A stretch of 64,000 bases of DNA from Tubiluchus corallicola (taxonomy: Eukaryota > Animalia > Priapulida). The stretch lies in the NCBI GenBank assembly GCA_030141605.1, contig JAQGDQ010000053.1:124001-188000 (forward strand), in the 5' to 3' direction. The notes under the pieces were generated by a model that had not been told where the DNA came from, ran no database searches, and saw only the letters and a program-made list of their open reading frames with translations. A program made the translations under genes and the position numbers. Below, piece by piece: positions 1-10,900 of the stretch (the first letter of the stretch is position 1; each line of letters begins with the position of its first letter).

Positions 1-1
1 T

Positions 2-748
2 GATAATGTAAATGATTCATCCCCAACTTCCCCAAACAACTCTGTATCTCAGCCTAGCATGCCTATTTTACGAGTTAAGGAACCTAAAAGTGCTAAAAGA
101 GACTCGCATAATTCTGTGAGCGAGGCTGAGTCACGGTACAGTTCAGCATCTAGTACTTATGCTGATGCTCAGTCGCGACACTCAATCGATGATATCACGT
201 TAACTAAACGTATGTATTACGAAAATAGTGAAGTGATCCGCGAAGAGAAAGACTCGTCACCAACTCGCAGTGAATATGATAATGTTGATTCACATTATAA
301 CGGAGGTTATTATGCTACTTCATTCCAATCTACACTGCAAGAAGAGGCTAAGTCTGGTAGATATGTTACAACTATAGAAATAAACAGTGACTTTTCTTCC
401 CATCAATCGAGGTTCAATGCATCAGGTGGACACAATTCAAGTTCAAAACCTGTCACAAAGGCATGTCATTTTGCACAAAGTGATATGCAGAAACAATCCG
501 ACATGCGTGAAGGTACACCCGATTTCTTTGATGCATTGCATGAATTCAATAATGAGTTTAATTCCTTGTCTGAACATAGTAACTCGCCAACAAAAGGAGC
601 TAATGTAAGTGACAGTAAGCATCCTATAATGCCCATACACAGAACAAGAACGAATGCGCCGTACAGTAGCAAGCAAACAGCATCAACTGTTTATGGAAAT
701 GACTATTCTTACCACGATGGTCCTAACATTAGGCAAACGACTTTATAA
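2..748 (+). CDS. 3'-terminal coding exon of an unidentified upstream gene; Ser/Thr-rich, low-complexity tail ending RQTTL (class I PDZ-binding-like)
   Basis: The frame is open from base 2 (DNVNDSSPTSP...) through the 59..748 ORF to TAA. A long AT-rich 3'UTR-like region follows, with AATAAA at 2504 and 2645. No family recognised. Confidence 0.7.
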   Translation, partial: DNVNDSSPTSPNNSVSQPSMPILRVKEPKSAKRDSHNSVSEAESRYSSASSTYADAQSRHSIDDITLTKRMYYENSEVIREEKDSSPTRSEYDNVDSHYNGGYYATSFQSTLQEEAKSGRYVTTIEINSDFSSHQSRFNASGGHNSSSKPVTKACHFAQSDMQKQSDMREGTPDFFDALHEFNNEFNSLSEHSNSPTKGANVSDSKHPIMPIHRTRTNAPYSSKQTASTVYGNDYSYHDGPNIRQTTL

Positions 749-2806
749 ATAGTAACTGTGATTGCTGTGACAGGCCATGCACATAATCATGGCAACAATT
801 TAACATTGAACATTATTGCTAAAAAGCAATTAACTTAACCATTCCATTAGAGCTAGTGTATGTGAAACTGTCAGGCTAAGCTCTTGCTGCTAATTGTGCA
901 AGTTGTATGATCTGTTGAGATTTTGTTTGATAAATTTGGTGCAAGCAACAATATGTTTTACAGTCCCACAGGCTATAGCAAATTGATATTAGGCAATCCA
1001 GAGCCAGATTAAGGCATATGTAATCTAGGGTTTAGCAAAAGAGCGAGTTTCATGTGATTAATGTATTTTTTAAGTAGTTCCATGAAAGTAATAACAGTAA
1101 TAACAGGTAATTACATAAATGGAAAACTTGTTGATTACACTGTCACAGTCTTACCTCTGGGTCTGAGAAATATTGTTTATAAACATTCGCGCATTTTTAA
1201 AAGCTTTGTACAGGCAAATATTACTGTGATTTTTTTATTTATGTATTGTAATTTTTTATTTGTTGCAGAACTGTTCATGCTATAGTAAAATTTATTTTTA
1301 CAGTTGCTGGTTTTTCATTTTGTTATAACCCGTGCTAGTTACCCGAGCGTTGCAGCATAAAGACATTTTCCAAGAGAAATAATTAGGCACATTAGTAAAT
1401 TGCTAGTACCCTATCTCTTTTTTCTGTTTATTTGCACTACTTTGAATGTAAGTAATAATACAGGTGTTGGTGCTTAGAAGTTGCTAATTTTGCAGCAAAA
1501 AGCTTAAATATTTGTAAATAATATTTAATTTTGTTCATACAGAAATCATTCAAGTTTTGTAAATGTTGCACTCTTTCTGATGTGTTAAGACATGGAGCTC
1601 TTACTCAGTTAAACCCAAGTAAAAATTTAATGGATTCATAAGAATTTTTTCTGTTCAGTTATGCTGAATCACTAATCAATAACTTGATAATAGATTTTAT
1701 GTTCACGAACTGATAGCCATAATTATGGTTGAAATGATTACATGTCACATTCACATAGCCATGTGCACTTCATTCTAAGGTGACTGCTTGATTTTCCTGT
1801 TGTAGCTCAATTCCCCTCTGAACTCTAATCTTAATTCCAATCATTATAAAAATGTGTAACGTTAAAAGTGTGAGGTAATTGTAAATAATTGTTGCTTGTT
1901 TCTCTAGATTATGATATTTAACAGCAATATATGTTTATCTGAAATTGAGTTATTTGTTTATTGTCCACACTACATAGTATAAGATTCCCTAGGCAACTTT
2001 GACGTGCAGCATGTGCATAAATTTATGCGCTCTAACAGTTTGATTTCTCTTGTTATGCTAATGGTATGAAGGGCTATCATAATCTCCTAATTTTGTCCCA
2101 GATTTAATACTAATAGCGTATATTTTCTGAGTGACGGTACATAATTGTAATAATACATTTCCAGAAATCTGATAGCATCTTGTTCATTCAGAAAACATTT
2201 ATTTACTGAGCAAATTTTGTTATTTTTTAAGCTTGATTTGCTTACATATGAATGGTTCAAGAGATGACGTACCTGTGCAGCATATTCTACATCTGCAAAA
2301 TATTTGAAAAATTTGTATATTGGTATTATATATTTATGTAACTATATTATGTCAAGCATAGTTATTTACCGGTGTCTATTAAATTTTTAAGTCTATTACA
2401 TTATTAAGATTTGTGCTATTCAAATTAAATAATCTTATGTTTAATTCAATTAACTTGTACAAGCCCTTTGCAACACTTTGTAGCATACTATATAACACAT
2501 CAAAATAAACATCACAAGCTGTCTATCTATCTATCACCCTGTAATTTTGTATTTGTTTGAATTTTTTAAAGTAACACTGCTTTCTTGCTTTTTATTATGA
2601 AATTTCAGGTAAACTGAGTTGTTAACATTTGTTTTAGCCTCAGAAATAAAAATCAAACTTTGCCTAAAGGCATTTCTACTAATAAATTTATGTTTGTTGT
2701 GTTTCTATTGTACATAGCACATTTATATATTAATGCAGAAATCATACGTATGCACATTGTTGACGTTGTTGTTAATTATTCGTAATCTAACTGTCAAGAT
2801 TATCAT

Positions 2807-2975
2807 TGTTGGGACAAATCCGCAACTAATTAAACTTTTGATACCAAACTCGGAAGACAGGAAATGTGAAAAGTTGAAACACAGTTTGGATTTGAACAGG
2901 GAGCTTTGGCTTACAAAGTTGATGCCATAACCACTAAGTCAGTTTTCCCGATCATTATGACAGTCCAAAGTTAAT
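2807..2975 (-). mobile_element. Copy of tRNA-containing inverted-repeat element (tRNA-like core plus right TIR)
   Basis: The reverse complement aligns with 32120-32294: leader actttggactgtcataat, A-box-like tgacttagtgg, B-box gttcaaatcc, and the terminal arm. Confidence 0.75.
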
Positions 2976-3007
2976 CTCTTGCAGCAGGTTAATCATTCAG
3001 CGTTTGC

Positions 3008-3152
3008 AATGTTGGGTCACTCACAATAGAGTGATTTTTACACAATTACAACTAATTACACAATTTTTAATTAAATAGATTTTGAATGTTGGGTCACTCA
3101 CAATAGAGTGATTTTTACGCAATTACACAATTTTTAATTAGATAGATTTTGA
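3008..3152. repeat. Tandem duplication, ~77-bp period (aatgttgggtcactcacaatagagtgattttta...tagattttga x2)
   Basis: Near-identical copies start at 3008 and 3085. Confidence 0.9.
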
Positions 3153-3242
3153 GCCTGAAATTTTGTGCGTAATTAATAAGTTATTTTATAACCTTAAAAT
3201 AATAAGGGATAAACTTTTAAGTTTGGACTGTCGTTATCAAGA

Positions 3243-3313
3243 AACGCAGTGCTTAGTGGTTATGGTATCGGCGTTGTAAGCCGAAGTGCCTGGTTCAAAT
3301 CCACGCTGCGTTC
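3243..3313 (+). pseudogene. tRNA-Thr(TGT)-like cloverleaf, repeat-derived (pseudo-tRNA)
   Basis: Acceptor stem aacgcag/ctgcgtt (7 bp), anticodon stem tcggc/gccga with loop gtTGTaa, and B box ggttcaaatcc. There is a 1-nt deletion before the D arm and a mismatch in the T stem. Homologous copies lie at 2895-2950(-) and 32148-32215. Confidence 0.65.
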
Positions 3314-3436
3314 CAACTGGGTGTTCTGGTGGTACGCACTATTAATTACCACAGATGACTCATTGATGATGCGTCACTATTATAAGTTATAACAAGACAG
3401 TTTCGCGCTTTGTATGACAATAATTACGGTACCGCC

Positions 3437-3456
3437 AGAATGTTCTAGAAGATTCT
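3437..3456. promoter_or_regulatory. Heat shock element, four perfect inverted nGAAn units
   Basis: aGAAt gTTCt aGAAg aTTCt upstream of HSP90; followed by CRE-like tgatgtca and ETS-like ttccgg motifs. Confidence 0.9.
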
Positions 3457-3514
3457 AGGCATATGATGTCATTTCCGGATGTAGTTCCAAGCGGATGTAA
3501 AACCCACTTACGCA

Positions 3515-3630
3515 CGTCTCTTTAGAACTACATTTCTTCATTTTCTTAAAATAAAACACATATAATCACTTGCAAATGGGTTTTTATACAATCCCAGATA
3601 ATTCGTTATTCTAGTGTATTGCTATAACAG
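3515..3630 (+). other. HSP90: Probable non-coding first exon of HSP90
   Basis: Pyrimidine-rich TCT-like start (tctcttt, 3517) ~60 bp after the HSE; donor cag|gtatac at 3631; acceptor tttcgtag at 4806, 10 nt before the ATG. The boundaries are inferred. Confidence 0.45.
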
Positions 3631-3967
3631 GTATACCTCACTCGCTCATGTTTATATGATATATTAAATATTGATAGTAGGGCGGATTAAAATGCTTGTA
3701 ACCACGTGCGTTCGGAAGAAAATTCTCGTTAATTCTGTTCATTCTGGACTCGTGTGAGGGTAGTTACATAAAGTGGTTTGACGAACCAACACAAAGAAAA
3801 TCGAAATTTTTTGTGAAAGCCTATTAACTTTAATTGTGTGATTTCGTGCAATCAAAGGTGACTTTGCAATGAACATTTGACTTAAATTTTTTGTGATATT
3901 TTTCACGCATTCAGTAAACAAAACAAGTTTCTTAAATTCGTTTACTTGCTATATATAAAGTGATTAA

Positions 3968-4590
3968 GCAGTTAAATCAGTTTTAGTTTTTTAATTCGTT
4001 AACTGTTAAGAACAAAGCAAGTATCTTAAATTTTTTAATTTTCTAACTACGTAAGTGATAGAACAGAGGATCTTTTATTTTTTAGTTAACTGTAGTAATA
4101 AATTAAGCAGTTAAACCAGTTTTATTTGTTCGTTAACTGTTAAGAATAGAGGATCTTTTATTTTTTTAGTTAGCTGTAGTAATTTATTCATTACAAATAA
4201 ATATTATGAATACATATTACAGTACATTTAACACTGACCTCTACAGTATGTTTGAAAACAAAAAATAATAAACAGTACAACTATCTGACAACAGTACAAT
4301 ATCATACCATATTGCAATGTAAAAGTGAGCAGCACCAATAAATTTTGAAAAGTGCAAAGTAGACATGCTATTAATGTTGTATCGTGAAGTGAACTGAAAA
4401 TTGAGATTTTTGCTACAATCAAGGATAAGAAGTCAAAGTGAAATATTTTACATTAAAATGTTGAAGGAGGTTCATAATTTCTTTGAACTTTCAGATGGAG
4501 GGATTGTTTGTTGTGTCCCATAACGCTTATCGGCTTACCTCTTTAAACGGTTAAATCAGTTTTAGTTTTATTAATTCGTTAACTGTTAAG
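3968..4590. repeat. Dispersed ~40-bp direct repeats in the HSP90 5' intron
   Basis: gttaaatcagtttta...ttcgttaactgttaag at ~3971, 4110 and 4550; gaggatctttta...tgtagtaat at ~4067 and 4149. Confidence 0.75.
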
Positions 4591-4816
4591 CGAATTTTTT
4601 TCAGAAAAAAATTACATTGAAGTGAAAGTATTTTCGTTTTTTTTGCTGCTGTCTTCAGTTTTATTTATTTTTTGTTTCAGCTTTTTATTTACCACCAATT
4701 TTTTGCCAGGTGTTCATGCAGATTATGCAGAGTAAATGTTATGCAGATTGATGCATTGTAAAACATGGAACTTGTAACTTGAAGTTTTTTTGTTCTTTTT
4801 TCGTAGGACCTACATT

Positions 4817-4966
4817 ATGCCAGAAGACGAAACAATGCAACAAGATGATGACATGGAAACTTTTGCCTTTCAGGCAGAAATTGCTCAACTGATGAGCCTC
4901 ATCATCAACACATTTTACTCAAACAAAGAAATCTTTCTGCGTGAAATAATATCCAATTCGTCAGAT
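4817..4966 (+). CDS. HSP90: HSP90 coding exon 1
   Basis: MPEDETM...ISNSSD|gt. Confidence 0.95.
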
Positions 4967-7900
4967 GTATGTAATTTTTTCATGAAATTTACAGGTTATA
5001 ATGCATATAAATTACTTATGTTAGCATGATTATTAATGTAGCTGTGTGTGGTGAAGGTAGCCTGTTACTGTCATGTTGCCTCTGTTCGAAGATGTAGGTG
5101 TCTACCTCAAAACAGTTTTACAAATGACAATTGGTGGCGTCTATATTCTTGGTTTGTCTTACGAACGTTTTTGCGCTGATGTTTAAACTGCAGAAAAGCG
5201 GATTTCAAATAGTATCAGTTTTAGAATGTGGCTCATTTCATTTTTCAGGCATTGGATAAAATTCGGTACGAAAGCTTGACTGATCCTTCTAAACTGGAAA
5301 CTGGTAAAGACCTTCACATAAAGATCATACCAAATAAGAATGACAGCACACTGACAATTATTGACAGCGGCATTGGAATGACAAAAGCAGATATGGTGAA
5401 CAATTTAGGAACAATTGCAAAATCTGGAACGAAAGCTTTTATGGAAGCGCTTCAGGTATTCATATTTTATAAACGCTACATTATAAAAGAAAGCAGCAGA
5501 AAGTCTGTGAACAGATTTATATTACTATTTTTGATTTGCCAAGTATTGTCAAAATGGTTTGCAAAATTAAGATTTATTTATTAACAGTGAAGAAAACTGA
5601 CCTCGATCTTATATTTTCAAATTATAACCAGTTTCAAATCTATCGTTTCTTTCTAAACTTGTCAAACGTGGTTTGGCTCAGCAGTTAACCCAATACATAT
5701 CTATAAATAGTTTACATGATAAATTCCAGTCAGCTTTTGTTTTTGTAGTACAGAGAGCCTGATACTGCCCCTGCTAAGGTTCAAAATGATATGCTATGTA
5801 CAATTGATGATCAGACCATGGTGGTCCTTGTTCCTCAGTGCCACCCTCAGCACCAGTGACAATAAAATTATTTTATATTGACTTGAAAATGTGCTTTTGG
5901 CTAATGGTGTCGTACTTGATTGGCTTAAGTCCTACTTAACATATAGGAAGCGCAAACGTTCTGTGCAGGATAGCAGCTAATTTTGTTTCAATTTAAAGCC
6001 AGGGAATCCCAAGTAATCAGCGTTGGTGCAGATTTTATGAATATTTGTTGCACTACACGATGTTGGCTCAAAAAATAGTATTAATTTTCACGTACATGTT
6101 GACGATTACCTATACTTTTACTGTACTGTTCATTTAAAAGTAAAATTCCTCGTTATGAAAAAACAGTAATAGATGTTGTTGAAAACTGTGTATCTGATAT
6201 TAGAGTTTAATATGAATACTAACCAATGTTCCTTCTAAAATGTGCATCTAAAATTTTTGCTGTTGTGCACAGAAAAATTTTTTCGTTTGCACTAAGTGCA
6301 GATAAACACAAAACAAAGTGTGAAGTAAGGTTTTTGAAGTAACATCTGCACAAAGAATTTGTAAAAAAGTAAAAAGACTGTTATTTAATATAAACTGCAC
6401 ATGGATAAGCTGTTATTAGGCGATCTATAAATTCAACCGAATTTTATTATTGCACTACATACCAGGCCTGGTTAACCTGTGGAAACAATTGCTGGTGTAC
6501 TTTTGTTGCTATCAGACTCAACGTCTACAAAGATTAGTTTTGTTTATAAAATTGGTCACAGAATATAACAATGAGTAACATTTATCAGTTTATGAAGGAA
6601 GCTTGTATTGTATGCTTGTCCGTACAGATGCAGCGAAGATTCGGATCGCAGGATTTTTCCCCAAATATCAGTGCAAAAATCTGGTCCAGTTAACTTCTTT
6701 TGTAATAACTAAAAGTTTGATGAACCTTCCTTATACTGTAGTTACTTTTTTAAAATTGTCATGTTTGGTAAAAATTGTATTAGACAAACTGAATATTTAC
6801 CTACAATGCTTAGAAAAATTATCTAAAAAAGCCGATCTAATTATCTAAAAAAAGTAAACCGCGAACACGGCACAACAACATTTTGCTTTCTGACTATTAT
6901 CTCGAAGAATGCGTGCGCTGTCATTACACAAGTCGTGTCAATGTGCAATAATGTGGCGGTGCTGTAATTGTTGTACTCAATATATGGTTTGGCTTCAGTC
7001 CAGTATTCTAATTTAATTTGATATTAGATTCGGTAGCACTCAAGAATAAAAAATTCTGTTTCTGTTCGGTTGTTGAAAATGCGCCTTCAGTGCACCCCTA
7101 CTCCTATAAACAATGTAACCAGAAAAATGAATTAGCTACGGAAAAGAAATTAGAGGATACTTGGCTATTAAATTTTTTTATAAAAGGTACCTGCAGCAAC
7201 ATAATTGGAAATGATGGTTACAGGGTTCGTGATGACGATGGTGACAATAATGGTGATGGCTGATGATTAAGGAGATGATTGTGATATAATAATGTTTATA
7301 ATGGGGGCATTGGTGGTACAGTTAATCAGTATGATGAATAATAATACGTAATAATGCTTTTCATGATGGCATTTGGGAGGTTCTCAATTTGGCTACACAA
7401 ATGCACAAGACCTTACTCAAGTAAATACGATAGAATTTAACAACACTTATTTGTTTTAGTTTACTTACAACATGTGAAGAGCATTAATACAAAATGTACA
7501 GCAAAATAGCAAAACATAGTGAATTAGTAAACAAATTTACATCTCTCTGATTTGAGGTTATATGATAGGTCTTGTACATATATTTTTTTGTAATGCTCCT
7601 TGAACAGTTTTATTGCAAAAGGTCATAAATAAATTTTGTTATTATAATTGTTATTTTATCCGTTTTTAGGCTGGAGCAGATATTAGCATGATTGGACAGT
7701 TTGGTGTGGGGTTTTATTCTGCATATCTAGTTAGTGACAAAGTGGAGGTTGTTTCCAAGCACAACGATGATGAACAATACATGTGGGAGTCATCAGCTGG
7801 CGGCTCATTTACTATACGCCTTGACCACGGTGAACCTATTGGTAAGTAAAATCACTGTATCTCGTACAATATGATGATGTAACTTTAAATTGGTGCACTA

Positions 7901-10900
7901 TCGGGATTTAATGCACAGCGTTATGGGCAAAGACCACTAGAACTGAACAAAATTTTTTTACTTGTTTTACCATTGCAATAGCAGCCCAGTAAATTCTATT
8001 CACGTCAGCGCACTAAAATGTAAATTTACTGATTTCCCAACTTTTGCAATTCTATCAAATACTGTGTGTTAAGGGGATCATCACAGTGCAATGAGTGCAG
8101 ATTAGGCAGTCTCCACTCACATTAATTACAGTAGTGTTTTTCACTCATTGTCATTAGGTTCTGTAGTCATTTGTTGTCAGCAGTAACAGAGCAATATAAA
8201 TTACACATACCCTTTTCTGTTAGGCATGTTAAATTTAAATGCAGCTGTTATTGTGCCTGCTGTATTTATTAACAAGTACCGCAATGCGTCGTACTGTGTT
8301 GAAAAATGTCGCTGCTAAAATGTGCTGGTGGAAACTCTGGTGTGGTATGACATATTTGGATAAATAATAATCCTGTAATCCTGAAATTGTTCACTGTGGT
8401 AGCGATAAAGAGGAGCTTGTGCAGACTCTAGAAGACTGATTTCAGACCGAATCTGTGAGATCATTGAAACTGAATAATCATTTAATCTGTTTAGGTCGTG
8501 GAACAAAAGTTGTTTTGCATCTGAAAGATGATCAACTAGAATACCTGGAGGAGAAAAAGGTCAAAGATGTTGTGAAGAAACATTCTCAGTTTATTGGTTA
8601 TCCTATAAAATTGCTTGTTGAGAAAGAACGTGATAAGGAAATCTCCGATGATGAGGAAGAGGAAGAAGAAAAGAAAGAGGTTTGTGTCGGCTAATGTTAA
8701 ATTGATGCTTATTAGAATAAGCGAAATTTTAGCATGATTAGTCCAATTAAAATACTCTCACTGTTAAGGTACTGCTGTGAGGTTTAAATAATGACAGCAA
8801 CGAATATTCAGTTTATTTTTTTAAGTGGTTATATTCAGCTGAATTAAATTAGAAATTCTGTTATGGTGCCTTAGTATAATTCTGAGTGGCGACAGTTGTA
8901 ATTAGTGCTGGATTTAAAATATTAAAGTTGTTTAATTTTAAAGAACTATGCGGTGTTGCCTTATTTCAGGAGGGTGAGGAAGGAGAGACTGATAAACCAA
9001 AAATTGAAGATGTGGGAGAAGATGAAGAGGAAGATAAAGAGGACAAAGATAAAAGCAAAAAGAAGAAAAAGAAGATAAAGGAGAAGTATGTTGAAGATGA
9101 GGAACTGAACAAAACAAAGCCAATCTGGACCCGCAATCCTGATGATATCAGTACAGAAGAATATGGAGAGTTTTACAAAAGCTTAACCAATGACTGGGAG
9201 GATCACTTAGCTGTAAAGCATTTCTCTGTTGAGGGTCAGTTAGAATTCCGTGCACTTCTCTTTGTTCCCAGACGAGCTCCTTTTGACTTGTTTGAAAACA
9301 AAAAGCAAAAGAACAACATTAAATTGTATGTAAGACGTGTTTTCATTATGGACAATTGCGAAGAGTTGATACCTGACTATTTGAACTTTATCAAGGGAGT
9401 CGTGGACAGTGAAGACTTGCCATTGAACATTTCTAGAGAAATGCTCCAGCAGAGTAAAATATTAAAGGTTATCAGAAAGAATTTGGTCAAGAAATGTCTA
9501 GAATTATTTGACGACCTCAAGGACAACAAGGATGACTACAAGAAATTCTACGAGCAGTTTTCAAAAAATTTAAAGGTAAATATTTGACCAGCGTGCAGGT
9601 AACAACAGATCCTTTGACAGCTATTTAAACTCATTTACCACCATTTTCAAAATGGGGAATTTTTGTAAATTTCGTATTTTCTCATTAGCAACTATGGGAT
9701 CTATAATTTGGGTTAGCTACAGTTTTTTTAATTAATAGCTTGGCATTCATGAAGACTCTCAGAACAGGAAGAAACTTGCTTCTTTACTCTTGTATTACAC
9801 ATCAGCTAGTGGAGATGAAATGTCCACATTGGCAGATTATGTAACTCGGATGAAAGAAAATCAGAAGGATATTTACTACATAACAGGTAAGCTTCAATAA
9901 GTAGTATACAGCTAAATTTGAAAGTTGTAAAATTGCTGAATGCAGATAGTAATTATTGCAGACACTTTAGATTTTAGAGTCGTGGTTAGCCATACTGCCT
10001 CTGGCTGAACATGTATAGAGTTGAAACACTGGGATTATATTAAAACTTCTTACGTTGTCTGTGTTGAGCTTCATTTCCAAAACTGAATTGAATCCGAATT
10101 TCACATTTTGCAGTTTCCAAAACCACACCAATCTGAATCTTTAGTTCATTTAATTTTCGAAATCAGGTTGAATCCTACTCTTGTGACTTGATGTCAGTTA
10201 GGATTTTAATCTTAGGATCAGTGTAGTATTAGTTGCAATGAATGTTATAAGACCCTGCTGGTCTTGATAACCATGTTTCTTAATTCAGGTTTAGTCTTGC
10301 CTTGGTTCATGTTCAGCTTACTTTGATCTTTATTTATTGTAACCGTGAAAATATTATGTACTATGAAAAATATGCATGGCACTATGTGCTTAGAAAACTT
10401 GCGTTGCTGTTGAAAATGGCGTTAGTAGGCATGGGTTTGACGAATAGGCTTATGCAGTGCATGATTTTTGTGGAGATCCATATTCACACAAAGTTGTCAA
10501 CAAGGCAAACACATATTGGAAAATGTAACTTTTATTAGAGTTAGAAGGGAAATTATGTAAATTTTGCAACACTGGTTGGTAGCGGGTTTGCTTTAACACA
10601 AGTCATGAAGACTGCTTCACATTTTTTACGAAACCCGAATCGCAAGCTACGGTTCGCATTCCGAATATAGAGTTCTGGAGTAATGGCTCTTTGTAGCATC
10701 CCAGTTGTTCTCATCGTATTACATTTTTGAGCTGTGTAAAAAACATGTTTTACTATTGTTTTCCCACCTGTTCAATTTGTCAAGCTACTTAATTATTTGT
10801 GATTTTGCTTCATATTAAACAAGTTGTATGTTAGCAGTGTTACATTGTTTATTTATTTATAATAAACAGCTTTTTTCTTTCTGTCTTGAAAAATATTGTT

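Noticed and set aside
3243-3313. Functional tRNA-Thr gene
   Set aside because: D-arm deletion, T-stem mismatch, G at position 32, no oligo-T terminator, and membership in a degenerate repeat family; kept only as tRNA-like.
5161-5179. D-box guide for 18S Am (U16-like, tttgcg) or for U6
   Set aside because: Only 6-7 contiguous pairs and the wrong register relative to the D box.
7205-7340. GAT/GGT-rich segment with several TGATGA strings as C boxes or an acidic ORF end
   Set aside because: Degenerate trinucleotide low-complexity sequence.
8311-8470. Two-hairpin H/ACA-like segment (gctgcta/tggtagc; gcaga/tctgt) in an HSP90 intron
   Set aside because: No ACA box after the second hairpin, and the H box is not adjacent to hairpin 1.
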